Assembly: GCA_963706955.1 (NCBI GenBank) | Contig: CAVPOC010000008.1 | Coordinates: 64,001 to 128,000, forward strand | Source: an uncultured Verrucomicrobiae bacterium | Lineage (GTDB): Bacteria > Verrucomicrobiota > Verrucomicrobiia > Chthoniobacterales > Terrimicrobiaceae | Direction: 5' to 3' | Length of the DNA stretch: 64,000 nucleotides | Shown: positions 50,725 through 61,113 of the stretch, in pieces | Position numbering within the stretch: position 1 is the stretch's first letter | Layout of the letters: the number at the start of each line of letters is the position of its first letter | Position numbers and translations under genes: made by a program | Notes under the pieces: model-generated | Told to the model about the DNA's origin: nothing | The model's input: only the letters and a program-made list of their open reading frames with translations | Database searches by the model: none

Positions 50725-51717
50725 TCAAGAAATGCTGAGGATAGATTCTTTTTTCTGTTTCGCCAGTTGCTTGTCGAAGCGCTTGGCAACATTGGCGTAA
50801 AACGGATAGCGGCCAGTTTGATCGCCCCCCGGACGGAAGCGCCAATGTTTGTAGGCCCAAAGCCAGCATTCGGGTTGTTCAAGGATGGAAGGTTCGAGCA
50901 CATTCCAGCAGCGCTGGGTGATTTCCGCCGCGGTCGCTCCAGGAGGAAACACAACCGGCTTGTTATAGATAATGCGATACGTGCCGTCCGGCTCGGGACG
51001 GCACTCCGCCGGAACGATTTTGGCTCCGGTCCGAAGAGCGAGCACCGCCTGCATCGGCGTCACGCACATTTTTAGTCCTCCGAAGGTATCAATGACAACG
51101 CCCGCCTCCCTGGGATCGAGGGTGAGGTCGCAAGTCATCCTAAATCTTCCTCCGCTTTTCAGCAGCTTGAGCATCCGAATCATCGCGCGCTCCTGGGGGA
51201 TCACACTGTGTCCCGTACTGGAGCGCAAACGGTCGAAAATGCGGCCAAAGAGCGGATTTTTGAATCGCTGTGCGACGACCGGACCATTGCCGATCGAATA
51301 GGCGCTGAGCTGGCTCAGCCATTCGAAGTTCGAGTAATGCAGACAGAGATAGACAACGGCTTGACGCCGATCTTTGTGGCAGGAATCCTCGATCCCCTCG
51401 AAGTGCGCAATACTCTGCGTCACGGATTCGCTCAGGTTGGGTGACCAGAAAAGCTCCAACATGGTCCGCGCAAACGTCCGATAGCTGCCCACGGCGATCC
51501 GACGCTTTTCGGCTGGTGTCCGCGAATTCCCGAAGGCCGACTCCAAGTTGGCCAAGGCAACCTCCTGCCCGCGTTTGTCAAAAAGGAAGACGACGGATCC
51601 CAGCGCGTTCCCGATGTGCCGAAGCCAGCGGTACGGCAAACGCTCTATCAGCGAGATAAAACCGGAAAACCCCAGGAATTCCAGCCTTTGACGGAGAGTC
51701 GGAATGAAGTCAGGCAC
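50725..51717 (-). CDS. lysophospholipid / lipid A acyltransferase family (LpxL-like)
   Basis: ANLESAF, HYSNFEW, R...G..VIP, DTFGG, LALRTGA.IVP, P.CWLWAYKHWR. Confidence 0.8.
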   Translation of the reverse strand: MPDFIPTLRQRLEFLGFSGFISLIERLPYRWLRHIGNALGSVVFLFDKRGQEVALANLESAFGNSRTPAEKRRIAVGSYRTFARTMLELFWSPNLSESVTQSIAHFEGIEDSCHKDRRQAVVYLCLHYSNFEWLSQLSAYSIGNGPVVAQRFKNPLFGRIFDRLRSSTGHSVIPQERAMIRMLKLLKSGGRFRMTCDLTLDPREAGVVIDTFGGLKMCVTPMQAVLALRTGAKIVPAECRPEPDGTYRIIYNKPVVFPPGATAAEITQRCWNVLEPSILEQPECWLWAYKHWRFRPGGDQTGRYPFYANVAKRFDKQLAKQKKESILSIS

Positions 51718-52137
51718 CTACAATTGTACTCTGCTAAACAGTGTTCCGCTTCTTTGTCGCTTGGCGCTAATCCTACAGGGCGTCAGAGAGATCTCTCTCT
51801 GCGGTCGCACACTTGTGTGATCGTGTCAGCCTGAACAGTGAAAGCGTGACACATCAACCCCATTCTGATGCGTGAGGTAGCAAGGTCTATCCCAATTGCG
51901 TAGGCGAGCACGCCACGCATCGAGAGATCATGCCATACTTTTCCTTAATTGCAAAAAGCCCGCTACCTTTCCAGGTTGGCTCCACAATTTGGAACCTGGA
52001 TGGGTTTGCACAGCACTCCTCTCCTGAAACCGACACCTTGCCCTAGTCGTTGAGCTCCGCATTCTACGATTTCACGCCGGCCGATCAGTTCGACGTGAAA
52101 GGCACGTATGTTTCGAATCGCTCGCGCAAGGAAGGCG

Positions 52138-52419
52138 TGCGCAGCGATTCGGCAGGGTGATTGGAAATTGATCTGGAACACCCTGCTGCCGGCAAGCGTG
52201 GAACTCTATAATATCGCGCAAGACCCGTCGGAGCAGCACGACCTCGCGGCGGCCAATCCCGAAAAGGTCGCCGTCTTCCAGCAGCGCCTCAACGCGCTGG
52301 CGAAGGAAAGCGCCAAGCCCTTGTTCCTCGTGGACCAGTTCAAGGTCATCAAGAAGAACATGAAAGGCGAACCGATCCTGCCCACGGACGAGGAATACGC
52401 CGAGTTCGAAGCGCCCTGA
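52138..52419 (+). pseudogene. 3' fragment of an arylsulfatase
   Basis: AAIRQGDWKLI...ELYNIAQDPSEQHDLAAANPEKV; catalytic N-terminus absent. Confidence 0.65.
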
Positions 52420-52774
52420 GTTCCAAGGATCAAACGCATAACGATGAAAGCCACACGCGCAAGAGGTCAATTGATGAACGGAGGATGTCTTTTATGAACG
52501 ACGGTAAAAATCTAGTCATTCACTTCAACAACGGCGCGGAGATGGGAAGTGTCGTTCCCCACGCAGATCAAGAATTCACTTGGCGCCATCGTGGAAGCCG
52601 CCAAGAGCATCCTTGAAATTACGAGAACAGAATTATTGAAACCCACTAGCGGGGCATCGCCCGGAAGAACGGTCATTCGGGCGGAATCAATTAACAAGCA
52701 ACGTTCCACCTCACATCGATCAATCTCGCCCAAAATTCAAATATTCGGCCACCATTGGACCTAAGAAGTAGCAG

Positions 52775-52993
52775 CCCGGCATCCCATACCACGTCATCGG
52801 CGGCGACCGTGGAAAGGCTGGAAATAGGGACCGCACCAAACCCGTGTGCTCCGACGGCATCGTGCCGTATTGGAGCAGCCACCTCGACGGCGCGCAGAGC
52901 GAACTCGTCGTGCCATCGAGCCACAACGCGGATCAGAATCCACAGGCCATCGCCGAAGTGAAGCGCATCCTCAAATTACACGCTCAGCGATGA
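52775..52993 (+). pseudogene. 3' fragment of an alpha/beta hydrolase
   Basis: Manual reading: IPYHVIGGD...SDGIVPYWSSHLDGAQSELVVPSSHNADQNPQAIAEVKRILKLH. Confidence 0.5.
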
Positions 52994-53034
52994 AACAAAC
53001 GTTGCGAAGTGGGCCTTGGTGGGTGTGTGTTCAT

Positions 53035-53270
53035 CGGAAGTTCTCGGCGAACGACGCGAAGGAGCGTGGCTTTTGGGATAAGTACATGGAGACCTATGAG
53101 AGACGATCCGCGAGACGGCAACGGAGGATTCGCCGTGGTAGGTGGTGGCGGCGGACAACAGATGGTTTACGTGTGTGATTCGTCGCGGCGGCGGAGATCG
53201 ACGCTCTTGCCTCTTTGGACCTTCAGTACCCCAAGGTCGGCCCTGCTAAGCAAGAGGAGTTGTCGACGGA
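53035..53270 (+). pseudogene. degraded 3' fragment of polyphosphate kinase 2 family gene
   Basis: KFSANDAKERGFWDKYMETYE..., then (frameshifted) TATEDSPW.VVAADN and LDLQYPKV. Confidence 0.55.
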
Positions 53271-53438
53271 GAGGACGTCGCCGTCAAAAACCCCGTAAAT
53301 CTGTTCGTCAGACTCTATTTCACTGCAGTGTCCTTCACCGTCAAAGAGATCGCAAACCTAATCGAATCACGCTACTGATATACAGCAACATACGGATGAC
53401 ATTCCCGGGTCTGTCACGGCCACTCAAGAAACGTCGAA

Positions 53439-53515
53439 TGGTCGGGGCGACAGGATTTGAACCTGCGACCTCGTGGTCCCAAACCACGCGCTCTACCAAG
53501 CTAAGCTACGCCCCG
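53439..53515 (-). tRNA. tRNA-Pro (TGG)
   Basis: Reverse complement cggggcgtagcttagcttggtagagcgcgtggtTGGgaccacgaggtcgcaggttcaaatcctgtcgccccgacca: cloverleaf, TTCAAA T-loop, CCA end. Confidence 0.97.
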
Positions 53516-53889
53516 ATTGTCCTACTCGCAGTTGCGGAAGGCAAATTCGGCTGTCTGACAGAACCCGGTTGCGGCGGCTAGCCGCAGCCCTGGCTGCTAG
53601 ATGTGGAGTTCACTATGCCGTTTTCAAGCGCGAGGGCAAATATTTCCTCTTCCCACTGAACGCGATCTGAGGATTCGGACCGAGCGGCCAAACCGTGCGC
53701 GGGATGCCGGTTAGAACGAGGCGCCTTCAAATACGTTTCACCTTCTCGGCTGGCGTTCTTTCGCGGACCCGTCCTCGCGATTCGACGCTGGTCGATGGAC
53801 TTTTACCCATGACCAGGGGCGAACGGGCGACGCCTCGCCTACCTTAACCAAAAAACTTTAAACACTGAAGCCCTCCATGAGCCGGCGGC

Positions 53890-54222
53890 CTAATTTACGG
53901 GGGGAACTTGTGCTGCATCGACGCTTTTGATCTGCACGCCGATGTTGTTAGCACCAGCATCTCTTAAAGTGACGACCAAATGTACATCCTTGTCCGGCTT
54001 GGCCTGCTGTAAGTAGTTGGATGGCGTGGCAACTCCCCCAACCATCAACTTAGCCTCGACTCTTATCAGGAAGGGGTAAGAGGCAGGTTCAACGCTTACT
54101 GTTTTGCCCGTCGCTAACGTGGACTCCGTCGCTGTTTTCCCTTGTGGGCCTGCACCAACCTTGAGAACAAACCCATTAGAATTGCCCGCTTTCGTCCGGT
54201 TATAGATATATATTTTTGGCAT
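53890..54222 (-). CDS. hypothetical beta-rich small protein
   Basis: 110 aa; paralogous N-terminus MPKIYIYNRTK shared with the next gene. Confidence 0.65.
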   Translation of the reverse strand: MPKIYIYNRTKAGNSNGFVLKVGAGPQGKTATESTLATGKTVSVEPASYPFLIRVEAKLMVGGVATPSNYLQQAKPDKDVHLVVTLRDAGANNIGVQIKSVDAAQVPPVN

Positions 54223-54334
54223 AACTTGGATAGGACATTGCTTTTGACCCTCCGGAGCATCGGCCCGGAGTTTGCAGCCGAAAGCCTCAGTTTACATTAG
54301 CTCCAAGAGAAAAGCGTCCTGGCGCAGCGACAAG

Positions 54335-54655
54335 CTAGCCGCTTGGCTTGTCAAGGATGATCTCCAGATGATCTTTATTTGATGCGACGATGTAGACATC
54401 GGCATCCTTTGTCACCGAACCTTTCTTCGGAAAGTAGTTGGCAGCCTTCATTGTCTTGTCTTTGGGCTCGGCCGTAATCCTGAAGGAGTAGGAGGATGAA
54501 ACATCATAATCGACAAACTTGCCGACCTGGACCTCTAATTGTTTGGGGGCCTCGAATACCCCTTGACTATCTGTTACCCCCGCTCGAACCACGATTACTG
54601 TACCATTAGGCAGCGCAGTTCCTTTCGTCCGGTTATGAATGCGTATTTTCGGCAT
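54335..54655 (-). CDS. hypothetical beta-rich small protein (paralog)
   Basis: 106 aa; MPKIRIHNRTK; aligns by eye with 53890..54222 (GK.V, Y.F.I..E.K, NY, KD..V.V). Confidence 0.65.
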   Translation of the reverse strand: MPKIRIHNRTKGTALPNGTVIVVRAGVTDSQGVFEAPKQLEVQVGKFVDYDVSSSYSFRITAEPKDKTMKAANYFPKKGSVTKDADVYIVASNKDHLEIILDKPSG

Positions 54656-54870
54656 GACAACTGTTAGGATATATTAGCCGGCCTCGCGGCGCTCGCGGCT
54701 CCCTCACGCTCCCAATTGCGCCTGTCCATAGGGCTGCTGATGATGTTTGATCAAATTTCAAATCGAACGATGCACACTTCCAGTTGCACTAGGCTCCCCT
54801 TTTGGACCTTTTTCTAGTGCGCGCAACAGGTTGGCTTTATCGGTGTTTCTGGAGGGGAGACTGGACGCGG

Positions 54871-55293
54871 TTAGGCAAATTTAACAGATGCAATGCTCCA
54901 GGGGGCCTGCTCCGTTGTCTTATCCGGCTTCTCCCGAGCTATATACAGCACAACGTCGCAACTATTTTTAACATTCTGGAGTGCCTTCACCAGTTTATCT
55001 TTATCTGCTTGGGCGTTGTGTGCGTCGAACTGTATCGTAAATGTGAGTGGTGGGGGAGGCGTCTTGGGAGCCGAGGCCGGGTCAGTCGTTCCGCCGCTGC
55101 GTCCACGTTGTTTTTTGAGGTCGTCGATCCACGTCTTGACTGGTCCGAACGGCGGATTGAAACCTGAAAGGCTATCTGCCTTTAGAATCCTCGGCACGCC
55201 ATCCTTAGTATATGGCTTAAGCTCCGTGTACCTTGCAATCCACTCGTTAAAGACCGCAGTTTTGTTGGTCAGTTTATCCTCTGTAAGAGACAT
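54871..55293 (-). CDS. hypothetical protein
   Basis: 140-aa ATG-started ORF co-oriented with the two small paralogs; upstream hairpin shared with 53890..54222. Confidence 0.55.
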   Translation of the reverse strand: MSLTEDKLTNKTAVFNEWIARYTELKPYTKDGVPRILKADSLSGFNPPFGPVKTWIDDLKKQRGRSGGTTDPASAPKTPPPPLTFTIQFDAHNAQADKDKLVKALQNVKNSCDVVLYIAREKPDKTTEQAPWSIASVKFA

Positions 55294-55707
55294 CTAATGG
55301 GCTCCGTTCTAACTGATAAAAATTACTTTTGCCCTCCGGGGCACTCGCCCGGAGTCTGAGGCCGAAGGGGGAATATTTCTATAGCGCAGAGAGCCAGAAG
55401 GGGGTATGGAAGTCAAACACTTTTCCGTTTGAAAGCCTACAAAGCCGCCGACTGGGCTGGAGCAACCGCTGAAGAAGTTGGCGAGCCGGGGCCACCATGC
55501 GGTTGTCGCTTGGTCCGACCAATCGGCGTCTTGGGGGTCACTTCAGTCGACCCGAGGCGCCCGAGTTCCTGGGGTCGTTCGCCTCGCGCGATCTCCATAA
55601 ACTCGCCAGGCCGAAACACCGACTCCGCCAGGCCGGCGCGCACGTCTTGAAAAGTGGCATTTGCCGAACGACCTTAAAAGATGCGGAGGTCATGCCGGTG
55701 ACTGGCT

Positions 55708-56653
55708 GATGCCTATGGAAAGCAGACCAAAGCCGACCGACGGTATGACGCCATTTCTAAACGCCCTTGACGTCATTCGCGCAATCCCGACCGCGAAGCG
55801 GTTTGAGATCGGAGAAATGCTCTTTGCTCAGTTCGACTGCCCCGTCCAGGACGAACCGCTCAAGATCTGGTCTCAAACGGATCACCTCGTACATGTGGTC
55901 AGTGCACGCTCGACGTGGAAGACCTCCATGGGATCGTGTTCGGCGCAGGCGGGCGAAAGCGTATTCTTCCGGAAGGGAGCTCATATTTCACCGCCGCATC
56001 TAGAGCGAGATCTTTGTCTCTTGATTTTCTTTATTCCGGACGCCTTCGTGCGTGAGGTGATTCGGGAATTGGCCGCAAATCTTCAATCGCTATCGCGGCC
56101 GTCCGATTCGAACGACGTGGTCATCCGATTGAACAATGACACGGCCTTGTCGGCGTTTTTCCATTCGATGCTTGTTTATTTTGCCAGCGAGGAATATCCG
56201 GCCGAGGCGTTGCTGAAATTGAAGCTTAAGGAGCTGCTCACAAGTCTTCTCATCAGCCCGAGCAACCCTTCATTGTCTGCCTATCTCCGTTCGCTGGCAA
56301 CGTGCGACGCGCCGCCACTCCCGCCGATCATGGAGGCCAACTTTTGTCACAGCCTGCCGTTGGATGCTTTCGCGAAGATGTGCCATCGCAGCCTTTCCTC
56401 GTTCAAACGCGAGTTTCACCGATGCTACGGAACCACGCCGGCCAGATGGCTGATCAAACGGCGTCTTGAATGCGCCGCCCAGATGCTACGAACAACCGAC
56501 CTGAGCATCATGGAGATCGCCCTCGAATGTGGATTCGAAGAGCCATCGCATTTCAGTCGCACATTTCGGTCGAGATTTGGTCACTCCCCAACTGATTATC
56601 GAGAAAAGGTAACGAGTCGCGCAGACCCTGCTCAGCTAGTTTCTTCGAGGTAG
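55708..56653 (+). CDS. AraC-family transcriptional regulator
   Basis: C-terminal FAKMCHRSLSSFKREF..YGTTP..W...RLE.A...L....SI.EIA.ECGF...SHFSR.F...FG.SP..YR; start uncertain. Confidence 0.9.
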
Positions 56654-56753
56654 CGCCGGACGCTGACGCAAAACGGCCGGGGTGGACGTTTCAGGCCAGC
56701 GATTGAACCTCTCATGCAAACGTCGAAGCACGGTGCTGTGGTATGGAGTGGGC

Positions 56754-57902
56754 ATGAACGATGAACTACGTGCCGCGCGCGCCCTGCGGAGCACGATTCG
56801 CGCGACGCGCCAGCAGACTGAAGAAGGTCGTCGCCTGGCCCCGCAGATCGTTGAAGGACTGATTGCCGGCGGGCTCTTTCGCCTGGCTGTGCCAACTAGC
56901 CTCGGTGGGCCCGAGACCCAGCCGGGAGTAGCCCTCCAAATCTGCGAGGAGTTGGCGTGGGCGGACGCTTCCGTAGCCTGGATCGTTTGGAACAATCAAT
57001 TCGTCGGTCTGGCCAGTCGCTATTCGTCTGAAGCAGTCAGAAACGAGATTTTCAGCGACAATCGCGGAATTTATGCAAACTCCACGCGTCCATCAGGACG
57101 AGCTGTGGTGGTCGACGGCGGCTTCAATGTTTCGGGACGTTGGTCGCTGGTCTCCGGTTGCGAGCTGGCCGATTGGATTCCGGCGATGTGCGTTGTCCAT
57201 AACGCAGATCAACCGCAGACACTCGCAGATGGCGAGCCCGAGACGAGGATGGTTTATCTGTCGAAGGGCTCGTACCGCATTCTGGATACTTGGCACGTCG
57301 GGGGACTTCGCGGGACGGGCAGCCACGATATTGTCGCGGATGACGTCTTCGTTCCGATGGAGCGAACCTTTTCATTCAGTGACGCTGCTCAGGACGACCG
57401 ACCGCTTACTCGAATGCCCTTTTTTGCAACAGTGTGTGCCGGTTGCGCCGCACTCTGTCTGGGAGTTGCGCAGGCGGCACGCGACACGCTGCTGGAGCTC
57501 GCGTCATCAAAGGTCCAGGTCGATCCGGTTCCCGCCACGCGTGATCGGCCGTGGGTGCAAACGTTGGTCGCTTCCTCGGGCGCGAAGCTGGCTTCCGCCC
57601 GGCTGCTGCTCTACTCCGCACTGGCAGACGTATGGGCCACCTGCACCCAGAGAGTAACAGTAACCGACACCCAACGAGCGCAGCTATGGGAGAGCGGTCA
57701 TCATGCCGCGCAGGTTTCCAGGGAGATCGTGAGATCCATGTATGACCTGGCGGGTGCCTCCGCCCTCTATATTGAGTGTCCTCTCGAGCGAGCCCACCGC
57801 GATATCCACGCAGTGTTGCAGCACATCGTCTTCGCACCATTTTGGATGGAGGCCGCCGGTCAGGTCAGACTCGGCCTCACACCCCGAAATCCGATTTTCT
57901 AA
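56754..57902 (+). CDS. acyl-CoA dehydrogenase-family flavin-dependent monooxygenase
   Basis: GLFRLAVP..LGG, ADASVAW, VSGRWSLVSGC..ADW, W...GLRGTGSHD, LERAHRD. Confidence 0.85.
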   Translation: MNDELRAARALRSTIRATRQQTEEGRRLAPQIVEGLIAGGLFRLAVPTSLGGPETQPGVALQICEELAWADASVAWIVWNNQFVGLASRYSSEAVRNEIFSDNRGIYANSTRPSGRAVVVDGGFNVSGRWSLVSGCELADWIPAMCVVHNADQPQTLADGEPETRMVYLSKGSYRILDTWHVGGLRGTGSHDIVADDVFVPMERTFSFSDAAQDDRPLTRMPFFATVCAGCAALCLGVAQAARDTLLELASSKVQVDPVPATRDRPWVQTLVASSGAKLASARLLLYSALADVWATCTQRVTVTDTQRAQLWESGHHAAQVSREIVRSMYDLAGASALYIECPLERAHRDIHAVLQHIVFAPFWMEAAGQVRLGLTPRNPIF

Positions 57903-58378
57903 TGCGGAAGAGACCTGGCTTGAGAAGAGAGGAGCGCAGAAGAATGACTAAAAACAAAGGCCGATTCAGACCGTTTACCTTCAGGCTTTCGAGCGCCGAT
58001 TGGAGCGGCATCTTTGGGCAGTGCGCGAATTGGCTCACGGAGTCAACCGCGCTCATCGATAACCAAAGACTAAAGCGCTATTTTGCAGCGTATTGGGCCC
58101 TTTCGTCACCTGTTTTAGAAATTGCCTGGTCCCCAGACCGACTCCCGGTCGAAATTCAAACCGAGCTCCAAGTCCAGAAAAGACCCCGAGGGCAGCTCGA
58201 CGTGCGTGAAAATTGTCCATCAATGTCCCGACCGACCGATCGTGAGTCGCCACTGCACGCGTGATCAGATTCGGCATTGGTCACAGGAGCAATGCGCCGG
58301 ACCATTAAGGTTTGTGCGGGGCGTACCGTTATTCTCGGCACCGCCCAACTGGTGGGCCACTTTCCGCGCGCGATGGCT

Positions 58379-58762
58379 TCACTGGACGATTAGTTTTCCA
58401 GCCATCGGCGGATGCATGAGACAAGCGTAGGTTAGAGTCCCTCGCTCCGATGGACGAACCGTTACGGTTACGGTTTGACCCGAGTCGATGCTCGGGACTT
58501 TGACATCGAGTCCACTAATGGAAAAGCAGTGCAGGACGCGGTTGGGATCTTCGTTGCGGAGCACCAGTTCAGTCACCTCCCCTCGTTTAAGAGTTATGGG
58601 TGGATTCCGGAGGTCGGGTTGACCCTCGAGATGGAAGGCCTGATCTTTGGCGACGATGGTGATGCGAACCTTCGTCGTCTCCGAGATATTCGCGTCGCCG
58701 CAGCCGACAAGACTGGCCGCGGCGCAAAGGAGTAACGCAAGCTTGTAAACAAGGATTTTCAT
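58379..58762 (-). CDS. cupredoxin-domain lipoprotein
   Basis: Lipobox LVGC; NP.I..K.G..V.L..RN.D...H.F.I; YACLMHPPMAGKLIV. Confidence 0.8.
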   Translation of the reverse strand: MKILVYKLALLLCAAASLVGCGDANISETTKVRITIVAKDQAFHLEGQPDLRNPPITLKRGEVTELVLRNEDPNRVLHCFSISGLDVKVPSIDSGQTVTVTVRPSERGTLTYACLMHPPMAGKLIVQ

Positions 58763-58775
58763 AAGTCAGTTTTCG

Positions 58776-59972
58776 TTAAGTCGCGACAAACAGCGCCGTG
58801 ACCCACATCACGATCATGCCGAGCAGAAATCCTGCCGCATTGCCCAACCGGAAAAAATTGCCCTCTTCCGTCTTCATCATTTGCATCCCGATCGCGCAGA
58901 CGACTTGGAATACTGCGCCGGCGCCGATCCCGAGGAATAGGGCGAGCGCGATATCGGAGTATGTAAAGCCTCCCATCCAGCAACCAAGAACCGTCGGCGC
59001 TCCGCCAATGAGACCAAGCACGATCAGATGAAGCATTTTTGGTTTGGAGCGAGCCAGGGGGGAAACAATCGCCAGACCCTCCGTCGTGTTATGGAGCGTG
59101 AAACCCACCAGCAAAAGCGCTCCGAGCGCAACTTCACCCGAGGCGTAGGCGCTCCCGATAGCCAGACCCTCGCCCAAATTGTGAATGCCGATGCCGAAGG
59201 CGATCATGTAAGCCAGAATCAATGAGGATCCGGATCCATGCGCATCGCTCCGGCCGCGGAAAAACCGGTCGAGGGCTGTGATGAGAAGGAAGGCGAGCAT
59301 GAAACCGAGTGCCAGCAGTCCAACCCCTGAGAATACGCCAGGGAGTTGCCCGGCAACCTCCAAACCCTCGTGCAACGCGTCGACGCCGAGAAAAACCAGG
59401 AGGCCGACCGTGAAGCTGAGAAAGAAGTTGATCCAGCTCTTTCCTAGTCGCCGCAAGAACGGCAACCACAAGATCCCGAAGGCTACGGGAAGAATTCCGA
59501 CATAAAGTCCCATCGCGCCGAAAACAAAGAACATTCGCGCTGACGGCCTGGGAGTTTCAATGGCGACCGGAATCTCCTTCTCGAATGACAACCCATTAGC
59601 CGTGAAGAGTTCGATCTTATACGGGTCGCCGGCAACCCAATCGAACGGAATGCGAACGATCGCTTCCGCCAACCTTTCCAGATGGCGGCTTGGGCTAAAC
59701 CCGGCTTTCCAAATCGCCTCGTCGACCGTGACCAATGTCATGTCGACGGGCATCGGGCCCGTATTGCGAATCGTCAGTTTGAATTCACCCGGCTTCAACT
59801 CGACTCGGCGAATGCTGATTTGTTCGATCGGCGGAACCGGGCGGTCAATCAGCTCACTGCCTCCATGGAAGAACCACCAGATCAGTCCCGCGAGCAGCAA
59901 GAGCGGGGCAATCGCGCTGAGGAATACAAACGCCGGGAATGGCCTCGGGGTGATCGGAGTTGCGGCATCCAT
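58776..59972 (-). CDS. ZIP-family metal transporter with N-terminal periplasmic domain
   Basis: GIGIHNLGEGLAIG and GFTLHNTTEGLAI motifs; multiple TM helices. Confidence 0.88.
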   Translation of the reverse strand: MDAATPITPRPFPAFVFLSAIAPLLLLAGLIWWFFHGGSELIDRPVPPIEQISIRRVELKPGEFKLTIRNTGPMPVDMTLVTVDEAIWKAGFSPSRHLERLAEAIVRIPFDWVAGDPYKIELFTANGLSFEKEIPVAIETPRPSARMFFVFGAMGLYVGILPVAFGILWLPFLRRLGKSWINFFLSFTVGLLVFLGVDALHEGLEVAGQLPGVFSGVGLLALGFMLAFLLITALDRFFRGRSDAHGSGSSLILAYMIAFGIGIHNLGEGLAIGSAYASGEVALGALLLVGFTLHNTTEGLAIVSPLARSKPKMLHLIVLGLIGGAPTVLGCWMGGFTYSDIALALFLGIGAGAVFQVVCAIGMQMMKTEEGNFFRLGNAAGFLLGMIVMWVTALFVAT

Positions 59973-59975
59973 CGC

Positions 59976-61061
59976 TTAACCTTTCACATCGAAGAAGCCC
60001 ATCCAGCCCAGCTCGGCAAACTCCGAAGTATGTGCGTGAAACATATACATGCCGGGATATTTGTAGCTGAATTCCAAGATGCCGCGTTGACCTTGGCAAA
60101 GGTTGATCGTGTCAGTCAGTTCCGCCGCCTCAAGCGAAGTGCCATTCGGATAGTACTCGAACATGTTAGCGTGAAGGTGAAAATTGTTGACGAGGTCAAA
60201 CTCCGTCATGTTCGAGAGATAGACGCGCACCTTCTCCCCGACCTTCAGTCCGATCGGATGCTCGGCGTAGTAGTTTGCCACCCCGTTGACCGCATAAAAT
60301 TCGTTCTCCATATCGAGGTCCACGTCCAGTCCGTGCATCACCATGATCATCTCGGTGGCCGGCGGACGCGCGGCTGCGGGATCGACAATCAAGGTGCCAT
60401 AGAGCCCGCGCGCAATGTGCTTTCGCAACGGCATCATATGGCAATGGTAGGGAAAGATTCCGAACGGCTCGGCCGTAAAATCGTAGGTAAAACTCTTGCC
60501 CTCTGGCACGACCTCGAAGACGCCATCCATATTCGCGGGGTGAATCCCATGAAAATGCATGGTGTGTGGCTTGCTCCCGCGATTCTCAAAATGGATGACC
60601 AGGCGATCGCCAACGGTTGCCCGAAGTGTCGGCCCAGGCATAAATCCGTTGTAGACCCAAGCGGGAAACTTTACCCCTTCGGCCACTTCGATCTCTTTGT
60701 CCTCCGCCACGACCAGGTATTCCCGCTCCGAGGTTCCATCCGCTCGTCGTGTGGTCTCCCCATAGTCAAAGGTCGTCAGAAACTTCATTGGGTCCATCTC
60801 GCCGCCGGGCGTGCCCGGAAGCGTTCCCCTAGACAGCGAAGGGCCCGTCGAACCGATTGGGATCACCTCGTCGCCAACGACGGTCGTCTTGCCAATCGGA
60901 TACTTGCCCTCGAGCTTCTCGGTCAGGCACTCCATGCAGGCCCGCGCCCGGCTAACGGTAAATGACAATCCAGCCGCTCCCGCGGCCGTCAGCGCGCTAG
61001 CCTGCAAAAACCTTCTCCGCGGAAAACCCGGCCTCTCAGGATTGTCCCAGGAACCCTTCAT
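59976..61061 (-). CDS. two-domain multicopper oxidase with Tat signal
   Basis: RRRFL signal; PGPTLR, HTMHFHG, YHCH....HIARGLYG, FHLHAN, YMFHAH.....ELGWMG. Confidence 0.88.
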   Translation of the reverse strand: MKGSWDNPERPGFPRRRFLQASALTAAGAAGLSFTVSRARACMECLTEKLEGKYPIGKTTVVGDEVIPIGSTGPSLSRGTLPGTPGGEMDPMKFLTTFDYGETTRRADGTSEREYLVVAEDKEIEVAEGVKFPAWVYNGFMPGPTLRATVGDRLVIHFENRGSKPHTMHFHGIHPANMDGVFEVVPEGKSFTYDFTAEPFGIFPYHCHMMPLRKHIARGLYGTLIVDPAAARPPATEMIMVMHGLDVDLDMENEFYAVNGVANYYAEHPIGLKVGEKVRVYLSNMTEFDLVNNFHLHANMFEYYPNGTSLEAAELTDTINLCQGQRGILEFSYKYPGMYMFHAHTSEFAELGWMGFFDVKG

Positions 61062-61092
61062 CTCTTCCCCATGTCGGTGGTGCTTGTTTCAC

Positions 61093-61113
61093 AATGTAGT
61101 AATAGCTACACTT
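61093..61113. promoter_or_regulatory. palindromic operator candidate upstream of the metal operon
   Basis: aaTGTAG-taatag-CTACActt, about 35 bp upstream of the oxidase start. Confidence 0.45.

Larger units (their letters stand above)
46758..53461. mobile_element. decayed integrative element at tRNA-Pro (att-bounded)
   Basis: 21-bp direct repeat gtcggggcgacaggatttgaa at 46758-46778 and 53441-53461 (tRNA 3' end); tandem gagactcacaag x2 at 46817-46840; no integrase seen. Confidence 0.6.
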
